Notes under the pieces: model-generated | The model's database searches: none | Told to the model about the DNA's origin: nothing | What the model saw: the letters and a program-made list of their open reading frames with translations, nothing else | From: a virus | Lineage: Duplodnaviria > Caudoviricetes | Virus record (IMG/VR): IMGVR_UViG_3300005827_000088 | Location: 1-61,875 of that record | DNA: 61,875 nt | Strand: one strand, 5' to 3' | Made by a program: the position numbers and the translations under genes | Shown: positions 27,901 through 34,996 of the stretch, in pieces | How positions within the stretch are numbered: the first letter of the stretch is position 1 | How the letters are laid out: each line of letters starts with the position of its first letter

Positions 27901-28366
27901 TACGCCCGGCCTCCTCGATATCCTGCTTGTCGCGGGCCGCCGGGCCGAACATGGCCGACTGCTCAGGGGTGAAACCGACCTCCCGAGCGTTGATCTTCGG
28001 AGTAGGCGCGGCGACCGGGGCCCTGGGGACGGGGTTGACCGGGGCCCGAACGTAGCCCGTGTCGCCCATGTTCACCGAGATGAAGTTCTGGATGATCTTG
28101 GCCTGACGGTCCGGCGGAAGCTGCTGGAACTCGGCGTCGGCCAGGTTCTTCTGGAAGTAGTTCGTGGCGATCTTGGTCTGGCGCTCGGGGGTCAGTTCAA
28201 GGAACGCCGGATCAGACTTCCAGGATGCGACGACCGGGTCGGTCGAAGGCGCGGGCTGTGGAGGCGCGGCCGCTTCCACACCATCGAGGGCGGAGGGCTT
28301 CGGCTCTGGAGCCGGGGCGTAGGGGTTGGCCTGGAGAAACGCAGAACCAGAAGCCATCTCAGCCAT
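15902..28366 (-). CDS. giant polyvalent, probably virion-ejected protein (ParB-like, Strawberry-notch-like SF2 helicase, GHKL ATPase, two HExxH domains)
   Basis: 4154 aa, last gene of the virion operon after the ejection proteins. VLGGNSR (~26050); DPGMGKT (~24080), DEGH (~23845), SATP, GGTGLSLH, QVLGRVTR (~22755); ELFQNSID (~22130), DNGIGM (~22010), GGYGMAK; HENVH (~20700); HENLH (~19360). Confidence 0.88.
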   Translation of the reverse strand: MAEMASGSAFLQANPYAPAPEPKPSALDGVEAAAPPQPAPSTDPVVASWKSDPAFLELTPERQTKIATNYFQKNLADAEFQQLPPDRQAKIIQNFISVNMGDTGYVRAPVNPVPRAPVAAPTPKINAREVGFTPEQSAMFGPAARDKQDIEEAGRSAAASPTIMGATADVGRQEAAKQKANAESLTETPKTFGPDYSVTEGPAGQIAPEYDEEGKRSVLRDAYHVANMGKMLVEDAMAGLAGAGFGRESATAKFYQDIASKTAGQTGIDPRTNVGGIGVLGTMRGTAQMAGDMALLIPSGMAVSAAAQPAFSLLRPAAMASVEGQLAGRALHGAATGALYSLPQDPQTAWENIKLFAAFEAAAAGAHTLGQYGGNEINALTRHIVKTTGVPEKVYFSPTKVRDIMGASSEARGGLGPEDYALFQDMKNYGLTNADIIKATREGLSIELPTEVALRIADRPYFAKFKEAFGVEPYSRTLESEMTDPSWQVGQGGSMKPTPPKDASLDLMSPVPGSPKALPGPDMQPSGSTGPQPNAPVMPGEGAPNGQQVQEVLAPEGNGRPGEAGAEVQPVGRPGDGSILGGGVPEQGPIVAGPGPQQPVVQQGQPAPVETVGQAPGPEGRVQAPVGPAVGRPEGADRVDAPVQAGGAQPAGSESAAGGDVVPGPPDGAVRGKRKHVAAISGVKGEKFPVHYELRELGDLKASHNPLEQFRDNPDYPAGVQDRPYATDQTHQDQVHARVAKFDPSHLVNTGPTAETGPSVITRDGYVLGGNSRKMVLDILADKHPDRYQQYIDAMKEDAAAFGLNPEDVGRFKHPVLVRALDFNLGEKDARELGRISGVLNKPAMTGQDKISKGVAAAKGLSKKTISEFASGLSGYDTLRGYLDSPHASQKLVPGLETDGVLDLQNRAQYLVDGKLTPDGKDTIEAAVRGYVVPDNDLLQRFRRANADELKTFDFALPHLAYAKAMGENWVSQTMSDVIKLFLDYNAQKQAWMNKNKGAARKYEPDFYLKQPSMMPDVMDLRGNKTVTEQFRALVTFTPREFAAAWKGYAEALRELTSRPTMPGIEIDRTGLQKIIDSVMSDYDKTQERAPRSYKEAMGQVEDSVSEKPESETQEPKVSVGETQVKEKDVPLPKEEEPVLDLTEEDLREPWEMTLREFAGPKPSPPQIVGGKEVKSGDLKAWNAKKAEYDDAVAQAYTDGKLTLDEVRVKTPDQWLKLKGKAEVKPPVAPAKDPGVVKPAAEPQKPKPVVSKTLKDAGLVVTEKVSQKTGKPYWEISGKTYDNKDAIKALPGVKFGGKVWRAFDGDPTAALAAAVEQANSARDAKYEDFKGKLNPKPEAEPTKVGGRGLAGEGIGIQIKALRQKLDLFPSIAPEYPQNLVGKQTRSLIQKGEGAIPQDVLDAQVADIGKIKSAFETGKNAFVLASDPGMGKTFVIAGALKEIARNHVGPLVWVTQNRRLIEQIKADIEPFGLNDRLQFITYTDMSQIHAGKKVSDIKIDGAVIAWDEGHSVKNTSDAGEESGAARADLGQKYMKSAKFNIMASATPFENPTQMGYIAASGVFDQLEGMTGLGRAISGTPFSDFALAFGAGQRKIRIKGGREKQILEWERGQTPAERQKQNENAMAARQWLEKQGMLAQREMKLEPGMVTTELKSVPPTDANVALADNFSEAMMRAIEDAGADRTLRRNLAGYMTNTLKRIMEDAKVDAAVAEAKDVIAQGKQAVIFVETRAKKEISGKDYPGMAEVMRDWAAEQSAMGGDAGKPPYSRFQMAVAQALHEAGLDESLESTVARIVNGVGADKTAIFTGDRTENAANADLDQWLDNKKPLLVATMAKGGTGLSLHSRRPGDPERVLIGLNMPWTATVMKQVLGRVTRLGMLKPSEVRWLFLDHDFERTIAAKVGGRMQDMGAVVSGKIPSMGTDIEAFDFDAPAEGVVIEDIMGGYEAPSAPAERKPEVPTVQSALESPEALADLARSGASVSGPERVALARAMAEGVAYGRDGYDMEASPYGGLVYFQDVPGGRVAFHEVDGKLEFEHQLQFSKTSRAKVVTDPRLIKRILSKDILNQNPARTVVSELFQNSIDSLIDAKWPKDAHVEVALDIRSTEDKTFKVGIKDNGIGMTAKDVKTKFLAIGAKGKGGTDNVGGYGMAKVAFLFYPENVFVRTTKGGKTTEITATRDELMDGDFPVITRDALDGERGTMFVATMPTGVSEEGIYYDDASTFESAMLTYAKGLRTKNLKVTAHGINDYSEKGSSDYGYNDWMPADENGEKMFARVKEYQSTLLSDMPKVTPSVEIVDGENRATVHFVKSDLPARKMFGGQFIIHAQVYSKGMPLPALKQDQYDYINGIGIPGADIKPDFSVAIDFTKTHEPEHGQYPFLKNRTVVMSGVGDKIAKVIKDYVEKLNKNATDERVAEFREMIAKAPVMGGTPVLIPKASYPDVEGAREVVENHEKFFASYGKLLSTWKAMIDSANLGANTKLMITLDNTVYGWHAPSGLTGEGKIIAINPLTMMTKGEWNNKPLIQTDEYKALVESGESRERILGSASVHTLLHENVHNRESNHSDSFTSELARQSMLLGHLRLATMEAKATKFYKEFADEIESIAGDLDRVREGGDAASGGPGPDVDASRVPPRGVEPAGGRTGAAEGPVAVGGRNVLGEAGLQESRREVGEKRLTLLHGGRMGIFKKMPTFDEFVTMAERGTVHKATGKDLPFEGSAKTPISLGIINGYSNDDIAAFYVKRSNPVKLSKLGLKVAYEDFVADHATELGAQKKRFFVDASDLGDYFPTRKQAETYADSIQNQWPSVARPMITDRMPYLEPKKQGLRTVAADDMRFYETPDGKWIDGPFNTPSTDLIPGSAEWEAKYPADGEPMTEDEMRQSLLETGMDDAEIVERTSYITQRPSSSMGRTEAGKKGTLTVADVQAEVDKIAKAKFPHTMVEVVPTWIDLPAEISMGIQRAMDTSQVEALYDPQTKKMYILADRMLRREDVALAVLDGAMHENLHRGVDAWRRDIANSMGGSFKLANERIDGILNKAYEANRDDVRELANGDYRGMFDLETRHGRARATEEWFARQANQKGSWYDRFVAAVRDFLRKVMEKFGHTLKWTDAETRAFINRAHRMSKRFERADRRVNEALNREHRETLRERVQRTRPDMAGNLGQVQFSIFKNPLKGMTEGERTFALQVHELYDRAMLDVNVNLKNLQKKVQDLAGVSHDSVKARRLDMAMLIYRDLKNSDAAHVKNPMPAADRIRDFKAWAATELRKRSGDRKLRLQEFLRDLEQAQNLTPAQRDFVDKDMEAAFRITTLEFQRLGKLKGQPIKDYVFRKLTPPDDRPVESSGAPSASGSPVRSFSSGLMRRKYPTLLDAMQDGYELAPEVRGITNSWKEITTDAVKIASTTRFLEDGMAVGVLSTKNPGDWLPLRSPALKVWRPTASVKTVIRDNPGLNDTLAAKNDVIGNYSRRLFVTQPEVTWAVFAGQGKRAAAVFDNEADARLYADQLTDARVEYRENLNVFEKVPFYAPPAIANAINLMTASQAGKFFSKPLGKSLTYLNGTLKPWMLLGDFFHHQSLMRSWTFGGPHDILGSLVYGSAVLDAKGRPTAVAEKAAAKRIVGMLRGVKNSVSWRKAILSGLELIEERNPVIQKLVGKGMTFPTMADMTGHNMTKAMGIFETLIRAMGSQKAADAVAVGKILRSRSEHFLFATIDAGFKAQWGYTYFMHQLRHEIARGRTPDVDKIAEIVADAANTAFGGQHLGRAGRDPDLTKFLHLIMLAPDWAITQLKPAFAAIPGMDKVIAKVLGEMPPPPGRDSFYRVFLAKQLLAAAAATLLAQVLINGDSEEGPFQMYREQMSDLPTAARLRWAMVDVTRLYRKVNQMRESMGLEPIDIDPGTRYMFNLPGFMIAPLRLFELGRFLSAKGSPLVRVITPYISGQDWRDRPYKSVSDLKKSVQHPDRKSSLSLVKGTRDENPRDISQFPAIFMANIRDAQPLQVGQMLRWLQGEEDGLTATIKSLGVDFTVARDPRTNYKQFMEISKLSGEEFKEIKRSIYRKDYDPNKLPENDVEAYAAVSLKAAIHKTRVTTAKIREAIEETKANPDYTNEARRRRVEMLKKTEDQMYRNVVLYHKAYTEGMKRHTITVTPQQVEQLKKDLEAE

Positions 28367-28377
28367 GTGAACCTCCG

Positions 28378-29775
28378 CTACTGGTCGTATTCTTTCCAGC
28401 CGCCTGCCGCTCCGGTGTCGGACTCGTCACCGCCATCGCCTCCGCCCAGCTGCTTGTTGTACTTCGCGATCTGGGCTTCGATCTTCGCCAGGCGCGCCTG
28501 GTCTGCCGGGGAAGGCTTGACCGCGCCGGTGATGTCCTTGCTGGCGTTCGTGATGGCGTTCTTCTGCTTGACCAGGACCTCGATCTTCTTGGTGATCTTC
28601 TCGTCCCCGGCCGTGCGCTCGCGCACAGCCTGAACGCGGGCCGACGCGCCGATTCCGGCGACCTTCTCACGACCCTTGTTCTGCTCCTGCACGCGCCTCA
28701 TGGCGGCCTCGTCCTTCTGCGTCTGGACAGAACCAATGGCCTTGCCCTTGGCTTCCTCGGCACGCACCTTCTGGGTGCCCTTCTCGCGCTCCAGGCCCAG
28801 GGCGGACTCCTGTTCGATGCCGGCACCGATGCTGCCCATGCGGTCGACCGCTCCGTAGAGAACGCGGGTATAGCTGTCGAGGAACCCATGCCCAAGATTC
28901 GGGATCAGGCCGCCCTCCTGGGCACCGTCGTGCAGGGCCTTCCAGCCCATGACTCGCCCGTCTTCGCCTTTGACAGCCACGAAGGAGTCCGGAGCGCCGG
29001 GGATATTGTGCTCCTTGCCGTACTGGACCGCAGCGGCGATCTGCTCAGGCTCGGACTTGGTCGCGTTGGCACGGAACATCTGGTTGATGTCCTGCTGCAG
29101 TTCCTGCTTCTGCATCTGCTCCACATGCTGCTGCGCGGCGATCAGGCCCTTCATGGCGCCAGGGGTGCGCGGGACGTTGCTCAGGACCTGCGGCTCGATG
29201 CCCAGGGCCTTGGTGATTTTCTGGATGAACCCGTCTTCCTTCGCCGGCGCAGGGGCGGGGGTCGCAGGAGACTGGGCAGGAGCGGAGGACTGGGTTGGGG
29301 CGGCAGCCGGGGCAGCCTGCGCGGCCTGCTGCGTTGCACTCGGGAGACCAGCCGTCGGGGTAGATTGCGGCGTGTCGTAACGAGGACTGGCATCCATGAT
29401 GCCTCCGCCAGTCGCCGGGCCCTGTACGGCCATCTGAGAGCCGACGGGAACACCGACCGCTCCCTGGGGTGCCCACTGCGTCTGTACAGGGTATCCCTCG
29501 GGAGGGACACCGCTCGCATCCTGCTGAGAAGGCGCTGGGGATTGGACACCGAGAGCAGACTGCGGCTGCACCTGGGCCTGCTCTGCGGCCTTCTTCTGTT
29601 TCTTCTGAGCCGCCCAGGCATCCATGGCCTGGACATAGGCCCTGTGTGCGTCGTTGCGCTCGTCCAGGTCCAGTTGCGCGCTCTGGTTCTGGATATTCTG
29701 GGCCTCGGCCATGCGGTAGTCTTTCTGACCCTCAAGGGCCGATCCAGCGACCACTCCGCCTGCGATATTTGCCAT
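28378..29775 (-). CDS. internal virion (ejection) protein
   Basis: Gln/Ala/Pro-rich with a C-terminal coil; sits directly before the giant gene. Confidence 0.65.
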   Translation of the reverse strand: MANIAGGVVAGSALEGQKDYRMAEAQNIQNQSAQLDLDERNDAHRAYVQAMDAWAAQKKQKKAAEQAQVQPQSALGVQSPAPSQQDASGVPPEGYPVQTQWAPQGAVGVPVGSQMAVQGPATGGGIMDASPRYDTPQSTPTAGLPSATQQAAQAAPAAAPTQSSAPAQSPATPAPAPAKEDGFIQKITKALGIEPQVLSNVPRTPGAMKGLIAAQQHVEQMQKQELQQDINQMFRANATKSEPEQIAAAVQYGKEHNIPGAPDSFVAVKGEDGRVMGWKALHDGAQEGGLIPNLGHGFLDSYTRVLYGAVDRMGSIGAGIEQESALGLEREKGTQKVRAEEAKGKAIGSVQTQKDEAAMRRVQEQNKGREKVAGIGASARVQAVRERTAGDEKITKKIEVLVKQKNAITNASKDITGAVKPSPADQARLAKIEAQIAKYNKQLGGGDGGDESDTGAAGGWKEYDQ

Positions 29776-29787
29776 CTCTCAGCCCTC

Positions 29788-30645
29788 CTACGCGTAACCG
29801 GACAGGATGTTGTTGACACCTGTCAGGCCGGACTTGATGCTCCCAGAACCCGTCCCCAGCAGGGCACTCGTCGAAGCTCCGAAGGCCTTGCTCCCGGCAC
29901 CAGCCGAACTGAGCGCGCTGTTGAGCAGGGCCTGATTCGACGCGTTCGCGGACCCCAAGCCAGACAGCGCTTGGCTGGCCAACGCAGATCCGCTCGGGGC
30001 CGTCGTCTGCTGCGGAATGGTGTTCCCCATCTTGAAGCCAAGCGCGCCGGCACCACGGTTCCAGGCGGTGTCGAAGCCCTGCGTCAGGGCCGAGTTCTGG
30101 CCGCTCACGTCCGCCAGCGACTGCGCCACATCCATCCCGGAGTTGAGCGCGTTCAGGCTGCGGCCGCTCGTCGGGTCGATACCCAGGCGCCCCAGCGCAC
30201 GCTGCGTCGACTGCCTGTTGGCATCGAACGAAGTCTGCACGTCGGTGTGGGCCTTCTCGGCGAACATCTTGCCCCACTCTTCCGGAGTCATGTCCGCCTG
30301 GTTGATGAGTCCCTGTTCGATGCCCTGGTACTGTGGCTGCAGGGCGAGCTCACCCTTGTAGTTGTCCCACGCCTGCTGCTGGATCTCCGGGGTGTAGCGG
30401 TCCATCCAGGACTTCTGCAAGGCGACCTGCTTGTCCTCCATGGGCCAGTACGTCGCCTTGTAGCGATCGAAGAGCTCCTGGGCGATGGCGTCCTGCTTCG
30501 CAGTAGATCCGGCAACCGTGTCGAACTGCCTGTTCGCCAGGGCCGAAGCGTCGGACGCGGCGTTGTAGCTGTTCACTGCGTTCACCGCATTGATGCCGGT
30601 GTTGAGGAGGCTCGTCCAGTCTCCGAGAGAGTCAAACAGTCCCAT
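29788..30645 (-). CDS. internal virion (ejection/pilot) protein
   Basis: Ala/Gly/Ser/Asn-rich; QRALGRLGIDPTSGR motif seen in podophage pilot proteins. Confidence 0.65.
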   Translation of the reverse strand: MGLFDSLGDWTSLLNTGINAVNAVNSYNAASDASALANRQFDTVAGSTAKQDAIAQELFDRYKATYWPMEDKQVALQKSWMDRYTPEIQQQAWDNYKGELALQPQYQGIEQGLINQADMTPEEWGKMFAEKAHTDVQTSFDANRQSTQRALGRLGIDPTSGRSLNALNSGMDVAQSLADVSGQNSALTQGFDTAWNRGAGALGFKMGNTIPQQTTAPSGSALASQALSGLGSANASNQALLNSALSSAGAGSKAFGASTSALLGTGSGSIKSGLTGVNNILSGYA

Positions 30646-30655
30646 GGCCTACCTC

Positions 30656-32008
30656 CTATGCCCTGAACCGGGCATAAGGATCAGATGATTGTGGCGAGGA
30701 TACCCGGTATCCCTGATTCTGTCCAGAACGTCTTTGCATTGCCAGAGAGACGCTGTTGTCATAGGCCGGGGCCTGATCAAGGGCACCGGGGCTTGAGGCT
30801 AGAGCATATCCGAGTTCAGGAGAATATCCCCTGGGATTATCAGAGTACCCGCTCGGGCCGTCATAGCCGCTGGCGGACTGGTCTCCCTGTGCACCACCTC
30901 CGAAGCCTTCCTTCAGGCCGGCCATGACCGACTGCGGAGTCGGCGCGCTTCCCACGTCGTAGCCGTTGTTCCTGGCCGCGGTCATGGCAAAGTCGCCGAT
31001 CCTGGCCAGGGACGTCAGCTGCCCGATGGGACCTGAGCGCAGCCCGGTGATGGCGCTGATCGCGGACAGTCCAAGGCCGACTGGGTCGACACTCATCTGG
31101 CCCGTCGACGGGTCTGTCGTCATGTTCCCCTGCTGCGTCTGGCGCACATTCTGGGCCATGTTCGCTGGGTCAGAGAGGTTCGCAGCCATGGAGATTTCGT
31201 TCTGCCTGTTGACGGGAGCACTGAATACTCCGCGAAGCGCATCGAGCGCACGAGTTCCAAAGGTGTTTCCCTCGTTTGCCTCGTCCGCCATCGAGCGCAG
31301 CCCCTGAAGTGCTCCGGTGAGAGCCATGCCAGGATTTTCCTGGGCCACCGGGCCGAGACTGCTGACGTATCCTCCGATGTCTATGCCATAGCCCTTGTAC
31401 CCTTCGGGCGCCATGGATATGCTGTAATTTCCGAGATTCCTGGCATAAGCCCGAGCAAGGCCGGCCAGGGAGTTTGCGTTTTCGGACTCAGCTGCGGTAA
31501 CGGCCGCGTTGTCGCCAAGCACGGAAGCCTCGGCCCTGCGCTGGGCCATGCGTGCCTCGTCCATCGCAATAGGGTCGATGGACCTGGCAAACTCTCGGGC
31601 CATGGCAACACCACCGCCCGATGGCTCGCTGGCGCTGCTGAAATTCGCTACCTGCTGTGCCCTGGTGAACCCTCCCGTAGGGGAGTCCATGCTGCCGTAG
31701 GTACCATCTGTCAGGCCAAGACCGGCAAGGCCACCGAGACCTCCAGATCCTCCGAGTGCTCCAGTGTATCCGCTGCCCTGTGGCCCGGGGGAGCCTGGCG
31801 TTCCAGCGCCGGGGTCGGTCCCGCCAGGGTCAACCGAAGCATTGCTCGGAGCCGATTCAACACCGCCAAAATATCCGGCTCCGTAGGTAGAAGCGTACCC
31901 ACCAGGTGTTCCGGCCCACCCTCCGCCGCCCTGAAGCCCGCTAATGGTCCGGTCGAGATTTGACGCCCCAGGGCTACCGCCGCCCCATCCGCCGCCGCCA
32001 CCGCACAT
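30656..32008 (-). CDS. Gly-rich internal virion protein with Met-Cys N-terminus
   Basis: MCGGGGG start after GGAGGT; position matches T7 gp14-like ejection proteins. Confidence 0.6.
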   Translation of the reverse strand: MCGGGGGWGGGSPGASNLDRTISGLQGGGGWAGTPGGYASTYGAGYFGGVESAPSNASVDPGGTDPGAGTPGSPGPQGSGYTGALGGSGGLGGLAGLGLTDGTYGSMDSPTGGFTRAQQVANFSSASEPSGGGVAMAREFARSIDPIAMDEARMAQRRAEASVLGDNAAVTAAESENANSLAGLARAYARNLGNYSISMAPEGYKGYGIDIGGYVSSLGPVAQENPGMALTGALQGLRSMADEANEGNTFGTRALDALRGVFSAPVNRQNEISMAANLSDPANMAQNVRQTQQGNMTTDPSTGQMSVDPVGLGLSAISAITGLRSGPIGQLTSLARIGDFAMTAARNNGYDVGSAPTPQSVMAGLKEGFGGGAQGDQSASGYDGPSGYSDNPRGYSPELGYALASSPGALDQAPAYDNSVSLAMQRRSGQNQGYRVSSPQSSDPYARFRA

Positions 32009-32009
32009 G

Positions 32010-32378
32010 CTACACCTCCTGCCAGGCCGTGTGGATGACCTCGGTCCTCTGGTTCACGAAACCCATGTACCCGACCATCTTCAGGAAATCGACATCGCGC
32101 GGATCGCTGGACCTGACCACCATGGCCTTGTGCCCACGGCTCTTGACGTACCTCCGGACCTCCGGCACCGAACAACGGCGCAGGTCTCTCCAGGCTGCCA
32201 CACTGGGAGAGAGGATTCGCCAGTACATCCACGCCTCGACGGGATGGTCGAACGTCACGCCGAAGACAGCGTAGACACCTTCGGCATCGGTGAACGCCTC
32301 AAACCACTCGTAGACTCCCGGGCCGTATTCGAACCTGGAAAGCTGGGGGGGCTGGCTGTGAACTCTACGTATCGGCAT
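32010..32378 (-). CDS. GNAT-like protein (T7 gp13-like position)
   Basis: 122 aa ending DVDFLKMVGY, as in GNAT C-terminal motifs; directly precedes the MC-start gene. Confidence 0.45.
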   Translation of the reverse strand: MPIRRVHSQPPQLSRFEYGPGVYEWFEAFTDAEGVYAVFGVTFDHPVEAWMYWRILSPSVAAWRDLRRCSVPEVRRYVKSRGHKAMVVRSSDPRDVDFLKMVGYMGFVNQRTEVIHTAWQEV

Positions 32379-32384
32379 CGTGAC

Positions 32385-33200
32385 CTACTTCGTTGACAGT
32401 GACGTTGAACCGAATGAATCGACCTCGGCATGTATGCCCATGGTCTGGATCACTGCATCCTTGGTATAAGTATCAGCAGCATCTGTCGGGTTCCTGAAAA
32501 GACGAAACTGGAACTGAGATCCGATTTTCTTGCCCGCTCCAGAGATGGCCGGGAAGGATGCGAACTGTTGCCGAAACGCTACCCCAGGGGCCGCAACTGT
32601 AGCATAAATTGTAGTCTCCGCTCCAGGACCTTCTCCAGGATTGTCCCAGACATACGTCAGCCCCCACTTCACATCTCCGGCGTCCGCTGTCGTCGGGGCC
32701 CAGTGAATGTGCGGGTGGATGTCTGCGCCCTCCTTAAAGCAGTGATTATATTCGCAATTACCGAAAAGCTGCTCCGTGATTGTCGCCCCGTCGAAGGAAT
32801 ATACGCTGATCGCACCTCCGTTCCATGCCACGAGATCTGGAGCGGCAGCACCATTCGGATAGGCCGTCAGGCCCATGGCTATGTCCATGTAGGCCTTCGG
32901 CACAACCTCGGCTGCCGTCGTCTCGTCTCCGATGACCGTGATGATGCCGTCCACGACGCCGAGCGTCACCGTCTGGCGCAGGAGATTCTTCGCTCCGCCA
33001 GAAAGAGCCGTTGTCACCAGCAGATCAAAAAGGGGGACTCCCAGCTGGCCCTTCAGGACCACCTGGTCCGGCTCGCCATGCAGCCCCAGCAGGCGCGTCT
33101 CCAGGGCGGTCTTGATCGCGCGCAGGGTATCCTGCAGCAGGCCCTGGCCCAGACGCGAAATGTCCGGGATGGCCGGGATCTTTTTTGGGGTGAAGACCAT
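32385..33200 (-). CDS. tail-associated structural protein
   Basis: N-terminal IPAIP helical anchor plus a beta-rich C-terminal domain (PHIHW); follows the nozzle gene. Confidence 0.55.
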   Translation of the reverse strand: MVFTPKKIPAIPDISRLGQGLLQDTLRAIKTALETRLLGLHGEPDQVVLKGQLGVPLFDLLVTTALSGGAKNLLRQTVTLGVVDGIITVIGDETTAAEVVPKAYMDIAMGLTAYPNGAAAPDLVAWNGGAISVYSFDGATITEQLFGNCEYNHCFKEGADIHPHIHWAPTTADAGDVKWGLTYVWDNPGEGPGAETTIYATVAAPGVAFRQQFASFPAISGAGKKIGSQFQFRLFRNPTDAADTYTKDAVIQTMGIHAEVDSFGSTSLSTK

Positions 33201-33203
33201 GCC

Positions 33204-34979
33204 CTACACCGACGCGCCGGGCATGAGGGGCCCGGTCATCAGTTCGGTCACGCTCGTCGCCATCGCGATGGACTGAACACGCACGTTCCCCTCGATCGAG
33301 AGTTCCCACTTGCGCTCCATGAATCCGGACGGAAGCATGAGAACGGCGTCGTCCACGACGCTGACAGTGTGCTTCAGTTCTCCGCCGGCGTAGACGCGCA
33401 AGGTCAATGCGAAGTCCTGGGAGGCCAGAGCCGCATACCAGGACGTCCACCAGTCCCCGCCAAGCGCATACTCGCCGACCATCGACGAGCCGAGGGTACC
33501 CCCCGTGTTGTCTGGCGGGTCCGGGGTGTGGTCCGCATTTGTGAACTCATCCGCGGTCACTCTGGCGCAAGAGAAATTCACAGGCTCTGGGGCGATGACC
33601 AAGCGGCTGCGCCAGAGGAAACTCGTCACGTAGTTCTCGTCCGAGTCGAACCAGGAAATGTGCTGCGCAGAGCCGACCTGATAGGCTATGGCGAGCTCGT
33701 CAAAGGGCTTGATGGAGGCGGTGGCCGTCGCATAGAAGTCGAGTTCCGAAACGCGCGCGTCGGACGACTCAGAGATCGCGATGACGATGCCGCGCGTCCC
33801 ATTGTAGAAGAAGATGTAGTAGCCGTTCTGGTAGGCTCCGTGGATCGTCGACGGGTTCAGGGCCTGCCACTGGGCGCGGGTCCAGTAGTCCTGGCTGACC
33901 TTCGCCACACCCGCACTGTTCGCCGCATACAAGCCGTCCTGGCTGGCAAAGATGACTCCGGCCGGGGTCATGGCAATGCTGCGCTTGGAGACGCAGGGGA
34001 TGATGTCCGGGAATGGCGACACAGAGGCTGTGTCCGGGCTCGGGGCACTCACGATGTAGACCACGGCATCGGTCAGGACGATGAGCGTGCTGCCGTCGAC
34101 TCCCAAGCCGACGACGTCCTCGTTGAACGTCAGCATGTACTTCACCGGCCAAGCGTGTGGATAGCCAGGCTCACAGAACCAGACCTCATTCCCAACAAAG
34201 CCGGCCATGAAGTTTCCGGCCATGGCGACCAAGCCGTGCAGCCCGGCTGGGGCCTTCGTCCAGAAGGTCGAGGGCAGCGTTTCACCGAGGTTCAGGGGGT
34301 CTATGGCCCCGGCGTTCGAGGCCACGGCCAGGTCGACTTCGTCCCAGAACTGATAGCTTGCCCCGGCAGTACCGACCGAGGTGACGTAGATCCTCTTCTT
34401 CGTGACGTTGGCGTTCGACGACGTTGTCGCCATTCCGTTGATGCTGAATGTCGCATCCTGCTTCATCGTCACGGCAGTAGCCGCCGCGCTGGGGGGACCC
34501 TCCTCTCCGATGTCGGTCACGAAGGTGTAGAGAGCAGAACGCACGACGTTGATCGAAGACGTCCCGCCAGTACCGAACACTGTCGGCTGCAGGCTTGGGG
34601 CATCCAGGCCAAGAGGTCGCTTGTCGATGATCGTGCGGCCGAACGCGTCGAGGGACACACCGCTGCTCACGGCCATGCTCGCGCCGCTGGCCAGATTCGA
34701 GATGTAAATGCGGCCGTACTGGTCCTGCGCAATAGGACTCGGCACGATGTCCGTGTCTTCCGTGAAGGTTAGGTATGCGCTGTCGGGCGCATAGTAGTAC
34801 ATCGAAAGGACGGCGCACGAAAGAGCCTCGACGATCTGCTTGAGCTTGAACCCCCGCCATGGCTCGATGTCGCCGGACGTCAGGCGACAGTTATTCGCGA
34901 CGGACGCTGCGGCCGCCGGCAATTTGTCGGGCGCCGTCTTCGGGACTATCCCTGCGAACGATGCGAGCTTGACGAGCAT
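33204..34979 (-). CDS. tail nozzle / stabilisation protein (P22 gp10 or T7 gp12-like)
   Basis: Start MLVKLASFAGIVPK at 34979; beta-propeller-like segments (EVWFCEPGYPHAWP, GVIFASQDGL, FLWRS). Confidence 0.75.
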   Translation of the reverse strand: MLVKLASFAGIVPKTAPDKLPAAAASVANNCRLTSGDIEPWRGFKLKQIVEALSCAVLSMYYYAPDSAYLTFTEDTDIVPSPIAQDQYGRIYISNLASGASMAVSSGVSLDAFGRTIIDKRPLGLDAPSLQPTVFGTGGTSSINVVRSALYTFVTDIGEEGPPSAAATAVTMKQDATFSINGMATTSSNANVTKKRIYVTSVGTAGASYQFWDEVDLAVASNAGAIDPLNLGETLPSTFWTKAPAGLHGLVAMAGNFMAGFVGNEVWFCEPGYPHAWPVKYMLTFNEDVVGLGVDGSTLIVLTDAVVYIVSAPSPDTASVSPFPDIIPCVSKRSIAMTPAGVIFASQDGLYAANSAGVAKVSQDYWTRAQWQALNPSTIHGAYQNGYYIFFYNGTRGIVIAISESSDARVSELDFYATATASIKPFDELAIAYQVGSAQHISWFDSDENYVTSFLWRSRLVIAPEPVNFSCARVTADEFTNADHTPDPPDNTGGTLGSSMVGEYALGGDWWTSWYAALASQDFALTLRVYAGGELKHTVSVVDDAVLMLPSGFMERKWELSIEGNVRVQSIAMATSVTELMTGPLMPGASV

Positions 34980-34996
34980 TCTGTCTCCCGCTTGCG

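Noticed and set aside
28225-30666. 813-aa plus-strand ORF opposite the ejection proteins
   Set aside because: Arg/Leu/Gly-rich antisense frame with no recognisable domain.
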